Positions 60,072 through 64,000 of a stretch of DNA of 64,000 nt are shown piece by piece. Source of the DNA: Actinomycetota bacterium. GTDB lineage: Bacteria; Actinomycetota; Acidimicrobiia; IMCC26256; VFJJ01. Position 1 is the first letter of the stretch. The number at the start of each line of letters is the position of its first letter. The position numbers were made by a program, and so were the translations under genes. The notes under the pieces were generated by a model that was not told the DNA's origin, made no database searches, and saw only the letters and a program-made list of their open reading frames with translations. The stretch lies in contig VFJJ01000026.1 of NCBI GenBank assembly GCA_009886115.1, positions 1-64,000 of the forward strand, read 5' to 3'.

Positions 60072-61346
60072 GTGACGAGAGACCTGGACGGCACAGACCG
60101 CGACGACCGCTACGTCATCGTGTCGTCAGACGCCCATGCCGGTGCGACGATCACCGGGTACAAGGCGTTCCTGGCATCGTCCTGGCACGACGAGTTCGAC
60201 CGTTGGGCGGCGGCGGTCGTCAATCCGTGGCACGACACGAGCGACACAACCAACTGGAACCACACCGACCGCCTCGCGGCCATGGACCTCGAAGGTGTCG
60301 CCGGCGAGGTGCTGTTCCCCAACACGCTTCCCCCGTTCTTCGACATCCTGGCCCACCTGAGCGGCGTGCCCCGGACCCGCGACGAGCTCGATCGCCGCTG
60401 GGCGGGGCTCCAGGCGCACAACCGCTGGCTCGTCGAGTTCTGCGGCCAGGCCCCCGATCGGCGCCGCGGCCTCATCCAGCTGCTTCCCAACGACATCGAC
60501 GCCGCGATCGCCGAGATGCGCGTGGCCCGGGAGCACCCGGTCATCGGTGGCGTCATGCTCCCGGCGGTTCCGCCCAACCACACGGTCGAGCCCTACTTCC
60601 ACGAGCGCTACGACCCGCTCTGGGCGGCGTGCGTCGAGCTCGGTTTCCCCGTCCACCAGCACCAGGGGACGGGGGCCCCCGACGTCGGTCTCGATCAGGA
60701 CGTCGCGCGGTCGCTCTTCTTCGTCGACCTCGAGCTCTGGACCCGCCTCACGATGAGCCACCTCATCGTCGGGGGCGTCTTCGAGCGCCATCCCCGGTTG
60801 CAGGTCGTGTGGACCGAGATGCCCGGGCTGCGCTGGGCCGTCGAGGACCTCGAGCGCATGACCCGCAACCTCGGCGTCGTCCAGTCACGCTTCTTCGGCA
60901 CCCGCTACAACCTGTCGCACACGTTCGGCTCGGCCACCGCCGATGGCCTCTCGCTCACGCCCATCGAATACTTCCGTCGCAACTGCCTCATCGGCGCCAG
61001 CATGATGCCGCGCCACGAGATCCACCTCGTCCACGTGCTCGGCACCGACCGGATCATGTGGGGTCACGACTTCCCGCACGAGGAGGGCTCGACGCCGTAC
61101 ACGTCCGACGCGCTGCGCGCCACGTTCGCCGACTTCGACGAGACCGAGTGCCGGACGCTGCTCGGAGAGACCGCTGCCGCGCTCTACGGGTTCGACCTCT
61201 CGGTCCTGACCCCGCTCGCACAGCGGATCGGTCCCTCCGTCGACCTCGTCCACACCCCGCTGACCGCCGACCCCCCGTCTCGGGGATCAGCGTTCTGGGA
61301 GCCCGACGAGCTCGCCCTGGCGCTCGGCAGCCGCCGAGGTCCGTGA
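60072..61346 (+). CDS. amidohydrolase_2 family metal-dependent hydrolase
   Basis: IVSSDAH, EVLFPN, AHNRWL, GVFERHP..WTE, MWGHDFPHEEG. Confidence 0.88.
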   Translation: MTRDLDGTDRDDRYVIVSSDAHAGATITGYKAFLASSWHDEFDRWAAAVVNPWHDTSDTTNWNHTDRLAAMDLEGVAGEVLFPNTLPPFFDILAHLSGVPRTRDELDRRWAGLQAHNRWLVEFCGQAPDRRRGLIQLLPNDIDAAIAEMRVAREHPVIGGVMLPAVPPNHTVEPYFHERYDPLWAACVELGFPVHQHQGTGAPDVGLDQDVARSLFFVDLELWTRLTMSHLIVGGVFERHPRLQVVWTEMPGLRWAVEDLERMTRNLGVVQSRFFGTRYNLSHTFGSATADGLSLTPIEYFRRNCLIGASMMPRHEIHLVHVLGTDRIMWGHDFPHEEGSTPYTSDALRATFADFDETECRTLLGETAAALYGFDLSVLTPLAQRIGPSVDLVHTPLTADPPSRGSAFWEPDELALALGSRRGP

Positions 61347-61408
61347 CCGCGACCCGGACCGGTTCCGACGTCCCAGTCGGTGAGGCGGGCGCGGCGCATG
61401 GCTACGAC

Positions 61409-62260
61409 TCACATCGTGGTTTCGGGCCCTTCGAGGCCCTCGAGGACGCCGCGCAGGAGCGCCATCATGCGCGGCCCGGCGTCGAGGCCCGCGGCGAGCA
61501 CGTCGTGGTGGTCGAGTCCGTCGCCCGAGAGGCCCGCAGCCAGATTGGTGACCAGCGAGACACCGAGCACCTCGGCGCCGAGGTGCCGGGCGGCGATCGT
61601 CTCGAGAACGGTCGACATGCCGACGAGGTCGGCGCCGAGCAGGCGCAGCATGCGGATCTCGGCCGGGGTCTCGTAGGCGCCGCCCAGCAGACCGGCGTAG
61701 ACGCCCTCGCCCAGGGTCGCGTCGACGCGATGGGCCAACGCCCGCAGGCGCGGCGAGTACGCGTCGGTCAGGTCGACGAAGCGTGAACCCCGATCGGACG
61801 GGAACGGCCCGGCCATCGGCGAGGCGCCCGTGAGGTTGAGGTGATCCGACAGCACCACCGGCGTGCCCACCCCGAAGGCGGGGTTGATCGAGCCCGCCGC
61901 GTTGGTGAGCACAACGGTGCGACAACCCGCGGCGATGGCCGTCCTGACACCGTGCACGACCGTGGCGACGGGATGGCCTTCGTAGTAGTGGCACCGTCCG
62001 GCGAGCACGAGCACGGCCCGGCCGCCGACGGACAGCGACGACAGCGTGCCCTTGTGACCGCCCACGCTCGGCGCCGGCATGCCGGGCAGCGAGCTCATGG
62101 GGATCTCGGCGATGACCGTGCCGAGGCCCGCTGCGGCGTCGCCCCAACCCGAGCCCAACACGACGGCGGCATCGTGGCGCTCGACGCCGACCGCGCTCGC
62201 CAGGGCGGCGGCGGCCTCCTCGGCCAGGACGAAGGGATCGGTGTTCGTCGTTGCGCTCAT
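61409..62260 (-). CDS. punA: purine-nucleoside phosphorylase (trimeric type)
   Basis: [43 protein letters not shown]. Confidence 0.95.
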   Translation of the reverse strand: MSATTNTDPFVLAEEAAAALASAVGVERHDAAVVLGSGWGDAAAGLGTVIAEIPMSSLPGMPAPSVGGHKGTLSSLSVGGRAVLVLAGRCHYYEGHPVATVVHGVRTAIAAGCRTVVLTNAAGSINPAFGVGTPVVLSDHLNLTGASPMAGPFPSDRGSRFVDLTDAYSPRLRALAHRVDATLGEGVYAGLLGGAYETPAEIRMLRLLGADLVGMSTVLETIAARHLGAEVLGVSLVTNLAAGLSGDGLDHHDVLAAGLDAGPRMMALLRGVLEGLEGPETTM

Positions 62261-63133
62261 TCACGTCCCCATGGGATGCCAGACCGACTTCATCTCGCAG
62301 AAGGCTGTCAGAGCCGCGACCGACTGAGCCGATTCGGCGAGCCAGTCGCACTCGCCCCGACCCGGGTTGATGACGCGCAACACGTGGTCGGCGCCGAGAA
62401 ACGCGACCTTGCGGCTCAGCTCGACATCGGCGCCGCCCACGTCGAGCGCGTCGACCTCCTCGTGCCCGGCCAGCCAGGGGGCCAGCTCGGCGGCGCGCCC
62501 GGTGAGGAGGTTCACGACACCTCCGGGCACGTCGGACGTCGCCAGCACCTCGGCCAACGACACCGCCGACAGCGGCCAGCGACCACCGACGACAGCCACG
62601 ACGGTGTTACCGCACACGAGCGCCGGGGCCAGGCGCGACACCAAGCCGAGCAGCGGCGGATCGTCGGGGGCGAGGAGCCCCACGACACCGATCGACTCGG
62701 GGATCGTGAAGGCGAAGTACGGGCCAGCCACGGAGTTCTGCGTGCCGAGGACATGCCCGAGCTTGTCGGCCCATCCCGCGTACCAGACCCAACGGTCGAC
62801 GGCCGTCGAGACCTCGACCTCGGCCTCGCGCTCCGAGGAGCCGCCGGCGACGAGCTCGCTCTCGAACTGGGACCGACGAGATTCCATCAACTCGGCGACG
62901 CGGTAGAGGATCTGTCCCCGGTTGTACGGCGTACGGGCCGCCCAACCCGCCCAGGCGCCCCGGGCGGCCCTCACGGCGTCGCGGAGATCCTTGCGCGAGG
63001 CCCTCGACGCCTGGGCGACGGTCGCTCCCGTGGGGGTGACGACCGGGTACGTGCGTCCCGACTCGGAACGGGGGAACTCGCCACCCACGAACAGCTTGAG
63101 GGTGCGGCGGACAGCGAGACGGTCGTCGGTCAT
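62261..63133 (-). CDS. short aldehyde-dehydrogenase-like protein (NAD-binding-type domain only)
   Basis: KLFVGGEFPRSESGR, RGQILYRVAE, GVVNLLTG. 290 aa, no ELGGK or catalytic Cys region. Confidence 0.85.
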   Translation of the reverse strand: MTDDRLAVRRTLKLFVGGEFPRSESGRTYPVVTPTGATVAQASRASRKDLRDAVRAARGAWAGWAARTPYNRGQILYRVAELMESRRSQFESELVAGGSSEREAEVEVSTAVDRWVWYAGWADKLGHVLGTQNSVAGPYFAFTIPESIGVVGLLAPDDPPLLGLVSRLAPALVCGNTVVAVVGGRWPLSAVSLAEVLATSDVPGGVVNLLTGRAAELAPWLAGHEEVDALDVGGADVELSRKVAFLGADHVLRVINPGRGECDWLAESAQSVAALTAFCEMKSVWHPMGT

Positions 63134-64000
63134 GACCCTGACCCTCCCGCGAGCCCGGCTGGGGACGGGGACGGCAGCGGGGACGGCGGCGGGGACGGGG
63201 ACGGGAAGGGTTCGAGCTCGAGGTAGGACTCGAGGCCGTGGCGGCCTCCCTCACGACCGAACCCGCTCTCGCGATAGCCCCCGAACGGCGATGCCGGATC
63301 GAACCGGTTGAACGTGTTGGCCCACACGACCCCGGCCCGGAGCCTCTGCGTCGTCCAGAGGATCTTGGAGCCCTTCTCGGTCCACACCCCGGCCGAGAGC
63401 CCGTAGCGGGTGTTGTTGGCCTTGGCCACCGCTTCCTCGGGGGTGCGGAACGTGAGCACCGACAGCACGGGTCCGAAGATCTCCTCCCGGGCGATGCGGT
63501 GCGTCTGCTGCACGTTGCTGAACACCGTGGGAGGGAACCAGTAGCCGGCCTCGGGCAGCGCACACTCGGGCTGGTAGATCTCCGCCCCCTCGGCGACACC
63601 GGCATCGACCAGCTCGGTGATGCGCTCGAGCTGCTCGGCGCTGTTGATCGCCCCGAGGTCGGTGTTCTTGTCGAGCGGATCGCCGACCCGCAACGTCGAG
63701 AGGCGCACCTTCAGCCGGTCGAGCACCTCGTCGGCCACGGACTCCTGGACGAGCAGGCGTGAGCCGGCGCAGCACACGTGACCCTGGTTGAACCAGATGC
63801 CGTTGACGATCCCCTCGACGGCCTGGTCGAGGGCGGCGTCGTCGTAGACGATGTTGGCCGCCTTGCCTCCGAGCTCGAGGGTGAGGCGTGTGGGCCGGTC
63901 CTTGCCCGCGAGGACTCGCTGGATCTCCTTGCCCACACTGGTGGAGCCGGTGAAGGCGACCTTGTCGACGTCGGGATGGGTGACCAGCGCAGCACCCGTC
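63130..64000 (-). CDS. aldehyde dehydrogenase (3' part; 5' end outside the window)
   Basis: FTGST, LELGGK, NQGHVCCAG, EEIFGP, PFGGYRESG. Confidence 0.92.
   Translation of the reverse strand, partial: TGAALVTHPDVDKVAFTGSTSVGKEIQRVLAGKDRPTRLTLELGGKAANIVYDDAALDQAVEGIVNGIWFNQGHVCCAGSRLLVQESVADEVLDRLKVRLSTLRVGDPLDKNTDLGAINSAEQLERITELVDAGVAEGAEIYQPECALPEAGYWFPPTVFSNVQQTHRIAREEIFGPVLSVLTFRTPEEAVAKANNTRYGLSAGVWTEKGSKILWTTQRLRAGVVWANTFNRFDPASPFGGYRESGFGREGGRHGLESYLELEPFPSPSPPPSPLPSPSPAGLAGGSGS

Overview
A very GC-rich bacterial chromosome segment, probably Actinomycetota. An Acidimicrobiia-like origin is inferred from gene content and several leaderless-type promoters. About 57 genes fall into four blocks. 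(1) 1-27.7 kb is a catabolic island with five crotonases, four SDRs, an LLM/F420-type oxidoreductase, two D-aminoacylase-like amidohydrolases, two APH-like kinases, a CoA ligase, a fused double CoA-transferase, a CitE-like lyase, a cyclase, a DUF1214-like protein and two P450s. One P450 is internally deleted and the other has an atypical I-helix. (2) 27.7-35 kb holds two tandem secreted Ig-like paralogs with a shared operator-like palindrome, an MshC/CysRS-like ligase, a heterodimeric ABC exporter and a deletion scar. (3) 35-47 kb holds an ALDH/aminotransferase/TPP-enzyme cluster, hisN, glcDEF, a dienelactone hydrolase, a BMP-like lipoprotein and an ATL. (4) 47-64 kb is a large nucleoside-salvage locus: upp, a psuK-like kinase, psuG, a BMP-type nucleoside ABC importer, cdd, deoA, add, punA and a split ALDH pair. 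The most notable observations are a PHYHD1-like Fe/2-oxoglutarate dioxygenase inside the salvage locus, a candidate for modified-nucleoside recycling, and eight 35-67 bp palindromes in four families. Matched pairs of these palindromes bracket single genes, and one appears to be translated. No rRNA, tRNA, CRISPR array, transposase or integrase was recognised. All calls come from motif recognition by eye, not from database searches.
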